Source: Adineta vaga
Lineage: Eukaryota; Animalia; Rotifera
Assembly (NCBI GenBank): GCA_021613535.1
Contig: CP075496.1
Span: 9,052,001 to 9,116,000, forward strand
Direction of reading: 5' to 3'
DNA length: 64,000 bases
Shown here: positions 32,918 to 45,453 of the stretch, in pieces
Layout: every line of letters starts with the position of its first letter
Position numbering within the stretch: the first letter of the stretch is position 1
The notes under the pieces: generated by a model
The model's input: only the letters and a program-made list of their open reading frames with translations
What the model was told of the DNA's origin: nothing
Databases searched by the model: none
Position numbers and translations under genes: made by a program

Positions 32918-35815
32918 ATGTTGTTGCTTCCAGTTGTTTTACTATTTTTGGTACAGGAAACAAATAGTATTCCTAGCATAATTCGTCCACATCATGTTCG
33001 CATAGAACATATGGACGAAGTTACACATTCTGATATTGTTATCGAGACACACACGCCACATTTTTCATGGCAATTAGCCAACGAATACTCTCAGGATGGT
33101 CAATTAGTTCGTGAAGTACAACAGATAGGTTATCATATTCGAGTACATAATCGTGTTACTAGTGAATTGATTTGGGATACTGATTACGTGTCATCTTCAT
33201 CATCTCTTCATATTCGATATGACGGTAGCCAATTTACTTCTGATACACGCTATAGTGTCACCATAAAATATTACACGACAGAACGTGAAAGTCAATGGTA
33301 TACAACATACTTTCGTACAGCACTTTTCTCGCTAACAGATTGGAAAGGTCAATGGATTGGTAGTAATTATTTCAATATGAATCAATTACGTACTGTTGTA
33401 AATCTTAAACCAATAACAATTCAATCTGCAACAGTTTTTATTAGTGGCGTTGGTTTTTATCAACTATATATCGAAGGTCAATTGATTGATCCATCTCGAC
33501 GTTTAGATGTTGGTTGGACAACATATCAACAACGGACACTCTATACTTCATATGATTTAACTAATATAATAAATACTACTAGTGGACGAATGGGTATTGG
33601 TATCGTATTAGGACAAGGCTGGTACAATCAACAACAATGGGCTATTTCACTCAATCCACATATTACACTTGCTGAACAATATGGTCCACCGCGTGCATTA
33701 TTACAACTAAATATTAATTATTCTGATGGTACGAATCAATCGATTGTTACAGATTCTTCTTGGTTGGGTAGAGAAGGTGAACATCGATTTGATTCTGTGT
33801 ACATGGGTACAACAATAGATCTTCGTGCAACACTCTCATGTTGGTCATGTGCTAATTTTAGTAATTTCTATTTACCATGGTTAAATGCTTCTGTATTACC
33901 ATCACCAGTTAATTTCTCAGCAGGAGGTGAATTTTCATTACAAATTATGGATCCTATTCGTATTGGTCCAGATGCACTTCATATTGCAACTTCAGGTCAT
34001 TTCGATCTAATGGAAGGTGTTCAAGGCGCTAGTCTAACGAATAGTAGCGGTGTGCTTAAACCTATTTCTCAAGATATGATTAATGGACAAGTTTTTGATC
34101 TTGGTCAAAATTTTGCTGGCTGGTGTAAAATATCATCATTGAATGCAAGTAAATCTACGATTATTCAAATGCGTTATGCAGAATTGCGATATTCACGTGG
34201 TATAAATGGTATTGATTTTGCTGGAATCTATTATGAAAATTTAGATAGTATTTCTGTAATGGATACAGTCATCTTGAATGGAACAGGTAATGAAACATTT
34301 GAACCTCTATTTACTTCACATGGTTTTCGTTATTTATTGGTTAATGGCTATAATAAAATTACAAAAAATGATGTTGAATGTTACAATGCACATAGTGAAA
34401 CGACATTGATTGGTAATTTTACGAGTAGTAGTATTGTTTTAAATCAAATTCAACATAATATTCTTTGGTCACAATTGAGTAATTCAATGTCCTTACCGAT
34501 GGGTTGTCCTCAACGTAACGATCGAACCGGATGGTTAGGTGATGCAGGACTTAGTGTCGATGCTGCATTATATAATTTTGATTATATCAATTTCTATTTG
34601 AATTTTTTAACTATGATCGAAGATAATCAAACACCTGAAGGTGCTGTAAGTGATACTGTACCATTTATGACTGGTTTTCTACCTGCAGATCCTAATTGGG
34701 GTACAGCATATGTAACAATTACTTGGTGTTTGTATGAACATACCGGTGACATAAGTATTCTTGAAAAATACTACATTGGTATTCAAAAATGGATTGATTT
34801 TTCAACTGAAGGATATAAGAAAACGGGTTTAGCAAATATGTACTTTCACTTTGGAGATTGGGTTCCAGTACAAAAAATGAGTAATAATTCTTTAGTATCA
34901 TCTTATGCTTTTCTTCGTAATGTGTACACATTTGTTAACATGAGTCAATTATTGAACCGCACTACGAATGTTCAAAAATATTCTGAATTCTATCAGCAGT
35001 TAACTCAAGAATGGCATCGTGTCTTTTATAATGCAACTATCAATGGATATGCAGATGGAAGTCAATCAGAGAATATATTATCATTAGCTTTACATAATGT
35101 TGTACCAAATTCTATTCGTACTATTGTACTTAAATCACTAATCGATAATCTCATCAAGACAGGTTGTTTTACAGGAGGAATTATTAGTGTTGCAGCTTTG
35201 TATCCACTTCTTTCGACAGAAGGATATCATGATCTTGCATTGAAACTCGCACTTTCTACTTCTTATCCATCTTATGGTTATATGTTTAATAATCAAATAC
35301 AAAATGCAACAACAACATGGGAGCAATGGAATAGTTTACCGAATGGAGCAAGATCATCTTTAAATCATCATATGTTTAATAGTATTGGAGCATGGTTCTA
35401 TCGTTATCTAGCAGGAATTCAATTGAATGCATTGAATACAATTAGTATTCATCCACGTATGTCCTATAGAGTTGATCTCTTAAACTATATCGAAGCAGAA
35501 GTCGTTACAATAAAAGGATCAGTTCAAGTAAAATGGACGCGAATTACAAATGATTCAGTATTATTAGCAGTTATTGTACCAAACAATGTGAATGCAGAAG
35601 TTTTCTTTGATCCATTAATTACCAACGGACGATGTCTAAAATTGATATGTGATGACAAAATTATTTGGACAAGAGAAAGTCAAAATAAACAAACGAATTG
35701 GTCAAAAGATGTAATAGGCATTAGTGATATTACTGAACATCCTGTAAAAGGTATTCTATCAGTGAGAGTTGTATCTGGTGAATCACGTTCATGGCATATT
35801 GGAGATAAATTATAA
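32918..35815 (+). CDS. Alpha-L-rhamnosidase (GH78), secreted, intronless
   Basis: Signal peptide; PHFSW, SGVGFYQLYI.G, YDLT, VFDLGQNFAGW, HGFRY, CPQR...GWLGD, FGDW, ATTTWEQW, SLNHHMF. A probable 1-nt deletion at ~35782 changes the last residues. Confidence 0.93.
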   Translation: MLLLPVVLLFLVQETNSIPSIIRPHHVRIEHMDEVTHSDIVIETHTPHFSWQLANEYSQDGQLVREVQQIGYHIRVHNRVTSELIWDTDYVSSSSSLHIRYDGSQFTSDTRYSVTIKYYTTERESQWYTTYFRTALFSLTDWKGQWIGSNYFNMNQLRTVVNLKPITIQSATVFISGVGFYQLYIEGQLIDPSRRLDVGWTTYQQRTLYTSYDLTNIINTTSGRMGIGIVLGQGWYNQQQWAISLNPHITLAEQYGPPRALLQLNINYSDGTNQSIVTDSSWLGREGEHRFDSVYMGTTIDLRATLSCWSCANFSNFYLPWLNASVLPSPVNFSAGGEFSLQIMDPIRIGPDALHIATSGHFDLMEGVQGASLTNSSGVLKPISQDMINGQVFDLGQNFAGWCKISSLNASKSTIIQMRYAELRYSRGINGIDFAGIYYENLDSISVMDTVILNGTGNETFEPLFTSHGFRYLLVNGYNKITKNDVECYNAHSETTLIGNFTSSSIVLNQIQHNILWSQLSNSMSLPMGCPQRNDRTGWLGDAGLSVDAALYNFDYINFYLNFLTMIEDNQTPEGAVSDTVPFMTGFLPADPNWGTAYVTITWCLYEHTGDISILEKYYIGIQKWIDFSTEGYKKTGLANMYFHFGDWVPVQKMSNNSLVSSYAFLRNVYTFVNMSQLLNRTTNVQKYSEFYQQLTQEWHRVFYNATINGYADGSQSENILSLALHNVVPNSIRTIVLKSLIDNLIKTGCFTGGIISVAALYPLLSTEGYHDLALKLALSTSYPSYGYMFNNQIQNATTTWEQWNSLPNGARSSLNHHMFNSIGAWFYRYLAGIQLNALNTISIHPRMSYRVDLLNYIEAEVVTIKGSVQVKWTRITNDSVLLAVIVPNNVNAEVFFDPLITNGRCLKLICDDKIIWTRESQNKQTNWSKDVIGISDITEHPVKGILSVRVVSGESRSWHIGDKL

Positions 35816-35935
35816 ACAACCATTTTATTCTAGTTTATTTTGAAACTGATACGAAGAACGATACATACAACAATAAACATGTACTGAAAAATAAATGATT
35901 CACATATTCATACTGTTTTGTTGTTTTCTAAATTA

Positions 35936-36860
35936 TCAAGGCGGAGCACCACTAAGTGGAACCACCTGATTTCTTCGACAAAAAAGGTGTCTTTTAATTA
36001 AAGAGCGTACTTCAGGCATTGCAATTACATTCATGTAAAATGCACTTGTATAATTTAGATTATTCAACAAGCGAGCAGCCAGTACAAAAAGATTCTCGAT
36101 GGCTCGATAATTTGCACTTTTGTTCATAGTATATGTAATACCATAATAGATACTAAATATCGTTATTGGAACAGTTGTAATGATCGTAAAACTAATCTGA
36201 ATCAATAACATACGGATAAAATTATGATTGAGACGAGTTAAAATACGTGTTCCTTGTCGAAACGAACGAATATTCATGACTGTTCGAAGTCCAAAATAGG
36301 TCAAAACTCCAAATGGTAAAATACCATAAAGAATAGGATTTGTAAAATAATTGATGTAATAAATAAATGTTGGTGAAATATTTGTACAAGTAGTACCATT
36401 GTGTCTAATAAAAACTAAATATGGACAGCTGATTATTGATCCAACAATAAACACACACACAATAATACGATAAGCAAATGCTGAGAACTTCGTCGACGTT
36501 GATTTATTTCTCTCGATGTACACATACATCGATCAAATGCTGCTAAACATAAATAACTGATCGAACAAATTGAACTCATGCAATACTATATCCACGAAAT
36601 GGACAATAGACAACATTGTCTGTATATGTTCTGATAGAATAATAGAATAGGATTCGAACAAGTAAGGCATTAATTAACCAACAAAAATCAGAAAAAGATT
36701 GCGAGAAAAGATAGAATGAACAAGAACTTTTACGAAGTGATTTTCGAGTGAGAATATACATGTTTAGAAGAGCACCAATCGATCCAATGACATAAAGAAT
36801 TATGCCGACATACAGTTGTATGTGATCAGCAATGGTATTGAGTTCTTCTGGAGATGCCAT
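35936..36860 (-). CDS. 7TM GPCR split by two single-base frameshifts (~36580, ~36480)
   Basis: TM1-2 in ORF 36576-36860; intermediate frame SSICSISYLCLAAFDRCMCTSR; TM4-7 in ORF 35936-36529. Confidence 0.75.
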
Positions 36861-37864
36861 AGCTTGATTTTAACAATGACTTAGTGAATATTATTTTACT
36901 TCTTCTGCAACATTTAATCTGTATACGTTAAAAGTAAATCATAGAGTGTGTGAAATTTTTATCTAATACGTAAGAAGTATGTCTAATAAAATATTCACTA
37001 CATTAGCAAAAGATATTTTATGAACTATTATGACACTGAGAGGAAAAGCTTTTTCCTAACTATTTAAATAATTCCATTCGTTATATATTAATGATTGTGA
37101 AAACGACATAATAAGTGTATTGTTTCACTTAGTGCTTATGAAAGGATGACAAATTTTTCTTTTGTCAGTAATTATTCTAAAGAGATTTTTTATTGATAGT
37201 GAAGTGTAAGCTTAACTTACTTGATGATATTGTCATTTGTTCGATAAAAACATCAAATAAATAAATAATTATAACGAAATTACAATCTTTTATCTTTAGA
37301 ATAAAAAGAATATTTCTCATCCTATTTAGCACAATCTTATTATAGATGACCGCAATGTAATTAATAAGTATAAAAGCAAATACTATGTCAGAATAATTTC
37401 TGTATTCGAGATCATTTTTTAAATAGATAAAAAGAAAATAGAATAAATATAATTAAGATGACATTTAGTATACTGAAAATACTCAATTGATAAAGATGAA
37501 AGACAAATAGTATATTCTACTTTTTTAAATTGGATTTTATTTGATCTAATCGTACACAATTTTGTTTTCTTTCGTTTTGCGAAAGAAACTTCGAAATATT
37601 CGTTGGAATGCTGTTATTCATCGAATTATATACGAAAATGTTTTGTTAAGTATTTGAATTCAAGTACATTAATGAATCATGCTTTTTATTGATACAAGGT
37701 TGTAAAGAAGTGCTCATGTTTCGTTGAGTACAGATAGATTATGTGAGAGATAGGGATTGAATTGAGTTCAGATGTGTGGAGAAAGAAATTTCATCTTTCT
37801 TACTCAAAATCTGTAGATATATAAACACATTTTAACTCTGTTCGAGTGAGAATATTTGATTGAA

Positions 37865-38820
37865 ATGTATCGTACTATTCTTATACTTTTGTGTTATTGG
37901 TCATCTTTTGTAATTCAGTCGAAAGTTAGACAAATCGATAAAATTTTGTTGATCTAGGGTATATGTAGAACAACTTGTCAACTATCTTCGTATAAGATTT
38001 CAGAATATCCAGAAGACCGTATAACAAAAACATCAGCATCAAACTTTGTTAAGAAATTAACTGCGACAGTATCAAATGCTACTCTATTATCGTATATAAC
38101 AAACAATATACAAAATACTGGCGACTTTCAAGTAAATCGAAATGAAAAAGAAATCGATTTTTTTGCTATTGAAAAACGAATATGTGTTTTTAGTTTAGTA
38201 GAGTTGATATCGAAAATTTAACTGTTACATTGATTAGAATAGATACTAGTACAAACGTTCAGTTCATCATTTTTAGAGAACATGAAAAATCTATTAAGAC
38301 TAAATAATATAAATATAGTTCAATCTTTTATAACTGTACGTATAGTCATTAACTCATCATTATTCGATTACAAATGACCAATAGTTAATTTATAAAATAT
38401 TTATTCTCGATTTTGTAATTAATCTCCGAATGAAATGAATCTATATTTGTAGGTTGTCAACTTCGTGATATAAGAATGGAACGTAATCCTGGTGTAAGTT
38501 TAGGGAACTGTCGATTTCTCTATTCACTTATTATTGATACTACTAATATTATCACAATACGACATCGAGACTAAATTCCACTTAGCTCACACATGAAGAA
38601 TTTCGTACTGATAATCAACGAAAAGATCAACAAAATTCAAATAGAAACTGGATCAAGTTCGCTCAAATCGAATTTACCAGTTATTCGACTATATGCAACT
38701 CTTAAACGGACAACTTCAGCATTACATACCCAAGAATTCGAAAAATATACCATCGGTTATATCACTGGAGGAATAGGTCATGTAGTTGATCAATTACAAT
38801 TTCATTGGTATAAATGCTAA
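37865..38820 (+). pseudogene. Fragmentary multi-exon secreted protein with jacalin-like C-terminus
   Basis: Signal-like start at 37865, splice-like sites at ~38452 and 38586, C-terminal IGYITGGIGHVVDQLQFHWY resembling the jacalin G..G..VD.L.F.W strand. Frames are disrupted. Confidence 0.35.
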
Positions 38821-39308
38821 ATCTAGTTGTTTTCATGCAATTAATCAATAAAATTTTGAAATAAGAACTGCGAATATCTATCTTATCGTCTGTTCGAATT
38901 GATACTGAGAATAACTTGATTACGATTCATTGCATAGTAAGAATTTCTCCATATGACACTATTCAAAAGAGTTAACTCAATTGATGCACATGCGCACATA
39001 TCGATCATATAATCTATAATCTTGATTGTTATCTCTGATGATATATTGAAAGACAACGAATATGATTATACCGGTGAGAAATCATAATGGATTATCGTGA
39101 AAATGATATTGGAACTTCTTATTAATTTTGATTAAAACAGTACTTACTTGTTTGTTTTCGATCTTGACAAGATCGATTGCAATGCCACAACTCATATCAT
39201 TCTACCACTTATATATACTTGAGTATACGTAATACTAAAAAACTAGATTACTATATCCTTTTATTTTAAATTGATTCTGATAAAATATTAAAATATGTTT
39301 TTCAATGA

Positions 39309-40739
39309 CTAAACTTGTTCCACGCCCATCACTTTGAATGGTACTTTGTCTGGATATTGTCCTTCTATCCAAGAAAAGTAAAACATTTCATCGCCGACTA
39401 AAATCGGACATTGAGGAAAAGTAAGTTTATCAGCACGGAGTTTTAAATCGATACGTTTAATTATTTTTCCGGTATCCATATTGACGCCGTAATGAAGCAA
39501 AGAAATTTTGATTTGTGAAAAAATGGAGAACCTGTTACAATATAGAGAACACGTCGTTTTGGATTCATTGAAACACAATAAGACTTTAGATCAAATGTTT
39601 TCATTTCACTTGATGATGCTAATGTTGTTGTCCACAATGTTTTTCCTTGATTGTCAATAGCAAATGCTAATGGTAAACTTGCCATATAAACTGTACCATT
39701 TTCATCTAAAGTAGGCGCTGTTATATCATCATTATTAGTAATGGGTGGAGGTGCCTTCCAAGTCCATCGTGATTTAATTTCATGTGTTGAAACATCAGTC
39801 GAGGAAACCATAAGTTTCCATGGTAAACTAGTTCCGTCTTGCCAAGGTTGTACAACAATTTCCTGTTGTAAATCTAAAACAAAGTCTGTACCAGATAGAC
39901 CAGGTTGTGTATAATTATTAAGTAGTTTGTGTCCATTATAATCAAATTTTAACAAGCGATCATCACCACCAAGCCAGAGAATATCACCCGTTTTTAAATC
40001 ACATCGATATTGTCCATCCATACCAGCTCCAAAGACATGTCGATCGAACCATATTATTTTCAGAGTCTTCTTATCTAACACAACTGGTATTGAGTCAATA
40101 TCGTTATCATTTACAGCAGTAATTAGAAGATCATATTTCTCTTGTAGAACCAATGGTGCATTGATATCCATATACAATTGATAATTTTCTACACATTGTT
40201 GAACAGGATGAGATGTTTGAGCATGTGTTATACGACAGATTTTTGCTGTATAGATCGTATCTCCTGAGAATGAGATCGTATAGTAAAGTATTCCTTGTCG
40301 ATCCGAAACAATATTTGAAACACCGACAGGTTCCATTTCTGGAACAGCTTCGACAAATACTGTCCATCGAACATTTCCATTCGAAGTAAGACAAACAATC
40401 CAATCGCCTGAAAAACAAAAGGTTTATTTTATATTGATGAAATGTGTCAGATTAACCTGGATGAGATCTTATTTGACTTTGAAAAAAATAAAGATCACCA
40501 TTTATACCAGCAGCTCGACCAAATTGTGTGACATCTTGAGATGTTAAACTGAATTCATATGTCCATGGAAGTTTGGAATAGTTCGTTGGTAAAGATGATA
40601 CAATACGAAACGTATTTTGAGCATTACCTTTACTTGTAGACCAAAGTCCATCGGGTTCATCGTTGATATGTCGAGCAGTAATTATCGTGTTTTGATAAAA
40701 GAAACTATAAATGACTATTGTGATCAAATAAAATTTCAT
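39309..40739 (-). CDS. Secreted beta-propeller protein (PQQ/BamB-like repeats); intron 40408-40456, frameshift at ~39488
   Basis: Signal peptide; WSTSKGNAQNT; repeats such as CLTSNGNVRW, DLKTGDILW, APTLDENGTVY, AIDNQGKTLW and AV(N)MDTGKII. Confidence 0.75.
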
Positions 40740-42573
40740 TTCAACGATTAGAAGATAAAACTACACATAAGAAAGTATGCTTTTTTTCCATTCACTTATA
40801 TTGTAATGCATATCATCTGTTAATTTTCACAAGATTATAGATAAGGATAAGTTTTTTCTCGAGAGCATTATATAGTATAGTAAAGTGACACAGTTGTTGA
40901 CATGGATATGACTCGAATTCTTATATCGAAAAACATACGTATAGTTTTAAAGCATTTATAATTGATATTCATGAACAATTCGGTATTAATCAACACTTTA
41001 TTGATTATCACGTGTTCTCAAATAATAATAGAATGGTATCAGACAGCATCTTTACCACAAAACAAAATGATTCATTTATAAAGCTCATTAAAAATGTTAT
41101 CATGTTTTCTATGACTTCTGGATAATTGTACGCAATTAACTGATTCTTTGTCAATCAATCGTAAATACATGAAATGTTACGAAGAGAAAATCACTTGGTC
41201 AACAACCAATTACAAATTAAGCATGACTGAAAGCAAAATCATGATTGCAGTCATGCTAATCAGTTGCGCTTTTGGTAGGTAATTAAGTGACAAAAGAAAT
41301 CAAGGGAATAATTCAGCAGTGCTCCAAATGAAATTTCACAGCACAATATTTTCGTACACTGAAGTTTGTCATATAATCAGAACTTTCGATTATGAGTGAT
41401 TTATAAGTTCTTGTCCAAATGTATGTCGAAAGACACTATCTTTTTGTTCTCTATGTTTCTAGATTCATCATTTACTTCTTTATATTAATTGAGGATGTGG
41501 ATGAAATCACACCCAGTACTTGTTCTCTGACCTTATTGGTAGTGCTAAGTTTTTCTCAACCTTCTCCTGATCTAGACGATTACTGTGGAAAATTTAATAA
41601 TGCTGCCTACTCCAAGGATTGAATGCATAGCGAACAGACAGACAAATATTCTCCTCTCTATATATACAGATATCGATAGAAAATGGACAGATAGATTATA
41701 TTTATGGTCATCAAGTAAATAGAAGTATTTTATCTTTGCAAGTCAAGGGTTCGATCTATTCAATGAAATTATCTCATCTAGTTTTCTAATAAAATATGTT
41801 GTTCGGAACAGATTATTGAAGTTTATAATCATTAGTAATGGTTTCAACAATTCACACTTGTGACGAGTTGGCTATGTTAATTATTGAAAGTAAGTCATGA
41901 GCAAACATACAGTAGTTTTCTTACAATAAAAAAAAGGATAAATTTAATAATTATAATCATTTAATAATATTGGCAAGGCATGAATCTCCGAAGTTTTGAC
42001 TAGGTGAGGTAACAAATCGTGAGAAAATTTTCTAAGTCAATTAACCAATGTCTTTGCTTGCGAATCTTAGTGAACGATGAAAAAGTCTATAGGGTTACGT
42101 CAAACGTTAGTAAATCAGTGAGATGATCTTCGAAACAATCGAATTTCTCTCTTCATATTATTAAATTTTACTTCAGTTTTTGCATGCCATAGATAATTTC
42201 TACCAAAAACTTGAAGTGAACTGTTTTGAAGATTTACAGATTTCTCTCGCTTGCTTTCTTTTTAATTATAAGAAATCAATACACATACATGATTTCAGCT
42301 GTTTATTAATTCAATATAAAGCTATTGTTTTTTCTTTTATTCTCTCTCGCCGCACAGCCGCCTATTGTGATTGTGTGAAAAAGAATTTCTTTTCTGTTCA
42401 CCTGTTCTATCGAGATGCTTATCAATGAAGAGATGACCATGTTTTATTTTCTTCTTGTTATTCGTTATATATGATAAACAACTTGAAATTGTGAGAAAGA
42501 TATCTTGAGACAAAAAAAGGAGTTGCTGTACGAGATTAAACAACCAAGAAATCTGATCAATCACACTATCGTT

Positions 42574-44304
42574 ATGTCGTCTTCCAAACTGGATCTTATT
42601 TCAAAAATTCTTACAATTGCTGATTCCTATAGTGATAATAATGCTGGAATTCAAATCGATCTCAAAACATTTACAGCATTATCGGCGCTTGGCATGTCTG
42701 GTAAATTTGAATATATATATAAAAATAGCGTTCTATTCTGAAAATCTGTATTTTTTTCATACAGTCATCACTGCTTTCGTACCAGCTAAGACTTCTAAAG
42801 TAGATACAGTGCAAACAATACCTATGGAATTTATTTCGTCACAATACCATACACTTGTTGGTAACACGAAATTTGATGCTTTAAAGATCGGTATAGAATC
42901 CTGTCTTTTGTAATATAGAATAGATTTGATATTTCATTTAAATTAGGTACTCTACATTCATCATCGCTTATCAACTGCCTTGTATCGCTTCTTACTGACA
43001 CGCAAATTCCTGTTGTTGTCTTTGATCCAATCATAGTTACTGCACATTTATCAGCGAGCAGTCGTGATATTCTACGTAATCAGTTTCTGCCTATGCTTAC
43101 ATTGATAACTCCAACGATTGACGAAGCAGCAATTTTACTCAATCGTAATATTGTTTCGTTTGAGGATATGAAATCTGCTGCACAAGAATTACATAATCTA
43201 GGTACAAAATATGTTTTGATTAGAGGTAATCCCTCATTAAAACCGATACAATTGAAGAGAATTTTATTATGAATGTACTCTTTGATGGTGTGAATTTTAT
43301 TCTGTTGAAAAGTTTTCAATTCTCCGACGATTCTGTATACAGCATTCGATGTATATTTTCTGCAGCAATTACTGCATATTTAGCTCGTGGTATCCATATC
43401 AAACAGGCTGTGGAAGATGCTATCACATACACTGGTACTGTTCTACAGCATTCGTCGAGTTTCATTGGCAATAGTGATCAATTGAAACACATTGTCTCAG
43501 TGATTTCAACTGATAATAATGTAGTGCAAGGAAAAGATCGGCTCGAGATTGAAAAACCACATTTATCTTTACAACAACCATCGTTCGTGCAACTACTAAA
43601 AACGGAATGTGCACGAGAATGGGTAGGTGATTGTTTCTTTGGAGAAATTGATTATAGATCTTAATATTGTTCTATCTCAGTTCGACTATACTCATCATCA
43701 ATTTATACTAGAACTAGCCAGCGGCACATTGTCACAAGAGAGTTTCAAACATTATCTTATTCAAGATTACATTTTTTTAACGCATTTCGCTCGATGCTAT
43801 GCTTTAGCTGCATACAAATCGAATAGTATGGCAGAAATTTTACTTGCTGCAAAGAATGCATGTTCTATTGGTCATGAAAGTGAACTTCACGTAAAATATT
43901 GTGCTGAATGGGGCATTGATGCGACGAGTTTACATTCATTCAGAGAAGCACGTGCAAATCTTGCTTATACACGATACACTCTCGATATTGGTATGACAGG
44001 TGATCTACTTGACCTTTATGTAGCCCTTTCTGCTTGTCTCTTGGGCTATGGTGAAATTGGGTTGCGACTATTTGAAGATCCAAAAACAAATCATAATTCA
44101 TCATATTGGAAATGGATATTAAGTTATGCTGCTGATGATTATCAGCAAGGATGCCGAGAAGGTGAACAAATGATTGAACAATTAGTTAATGATTATGGTA
44201 TTTGGCATGCTCCTAATCGAATTAAAAAACTCGTCAATATCTTCAAAACTGCTACACTTCTCGAAATTGAATTTTGGAACATGGGCTTGAATATTGAATG
44301 GTAA
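42574..44304 (+). CDS. THI20: THI20/THI21-like fusion: HMP/HMP-P kinase (ThiD-like, degenerate) + TenA thiaminase II; 3 introns, frameshift at ~43240
   Basis: ILTIADS....AGIQIDLKTF, VITA, ALKIG, VVFDP, LITPT..EA, VLIRG (ThiD). HQFILELASGTL...F.HYLIQDYIFL.HFAR, AYTRY, ACLLGYGEIG, YWKWI..Y, LEIEFW (TenA). Introns 42701-42764, 42891-42946, 43623-43680. Confidence 0.9.
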
Positions 44305-44429
44305 ACGTGTTCCTGACAATTTTTGACGTATCTAATTCATAATATGAATTAATGCTTGATGAACATAGATATACATAGTATTGATTTTCATTTATACAAC
44401 AATAGAAGATAAATTACATTATCATTTAT

Positions 44430-44946
44430 TAATAGAATAAACACAAATTTCAAGAATAGTCACAAATCGTTCTTCTACAATAAAATAAAGAATATATAAT
44501 TATAAGCTTATTAATAACACAATATATTAACTATAGAAATGACATAGTAAAATGTTTACATACTATAACAAAAGAATTCGCAACGAAAAAAGATTAATAA
44601 AATTCCTAATCCAACTTGTATATGATATAAATGAATTGCTCAATAGAATACTAATAGCAATAAATTTTGTAGAAAAATTATCACGAGGAACGCTTTGATA
44701 TGATAATAAGTTTGCATAATGATTATTCCTAAGACGTACTATACCGCCGAATAGTATTTAAATAATATCAAATATTGATGAACTTAAAAGATAGAATAAA
44801 GATGAATTATATTGTAATTGTTTTAATGTAAAAGTTAATAGATTACAAAGACCATCAATTATTCTACAACTAATAGTTATAAATGGGATATAAAACGTTA
44901 TCCGATCGATACTGTCATTAAGAATCTTTATATCATTGTCAATCAT
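44430..44946 (-). pseudogene. Truncated GPCR relic
   Basis: GLCNLLTFTLKQLQYNSSLFYLLSSSIFD is typical TM1-TM2, followed by a stop and deleted or degenerate downstream TMs. Confidence 0.6.
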
Positions 44947-45453
44947 TTCGTTTTGACTATCAAATAAATAACTATATAGTTCTCATCTATCAAGATTATT
45001 GAACAAAAAAATAATGTTACATTATTTCATATACTTGAAGTAACACTGTCAATTAGATTGTGATAATACTCGTTCTACGAACATAGTTATTTTTTGAAAA
45101 GTAACTGTATAGTGTCACCCTCTAATTGTAGACTTCGTATACATTCTTTATATTGAAACGTAATGAGACAATTCCGTTGTAGTCTATCATTTGTTACATA
45201 AGCAAGTGCAAGTCTGAGAAGAAAGAATTTGACACATGCTTTTCTCATAGTCTTCGTTTGTGAAGACAAAAGTTCATTAAATACGCTTCTGTACTCGCAA
45301 CCATACATTTCGTGAATATAGACATAAAACCTAATGCTTTTTGTTTCTTTCTCTAACGATGAGCATCTCGTTGATATTTCATAATGTTCATTGAGAGATC
45401 AGTCGATGAAATAACGTGAAAATATAAATATATCTTTTTCTTTTATTTGTTAA

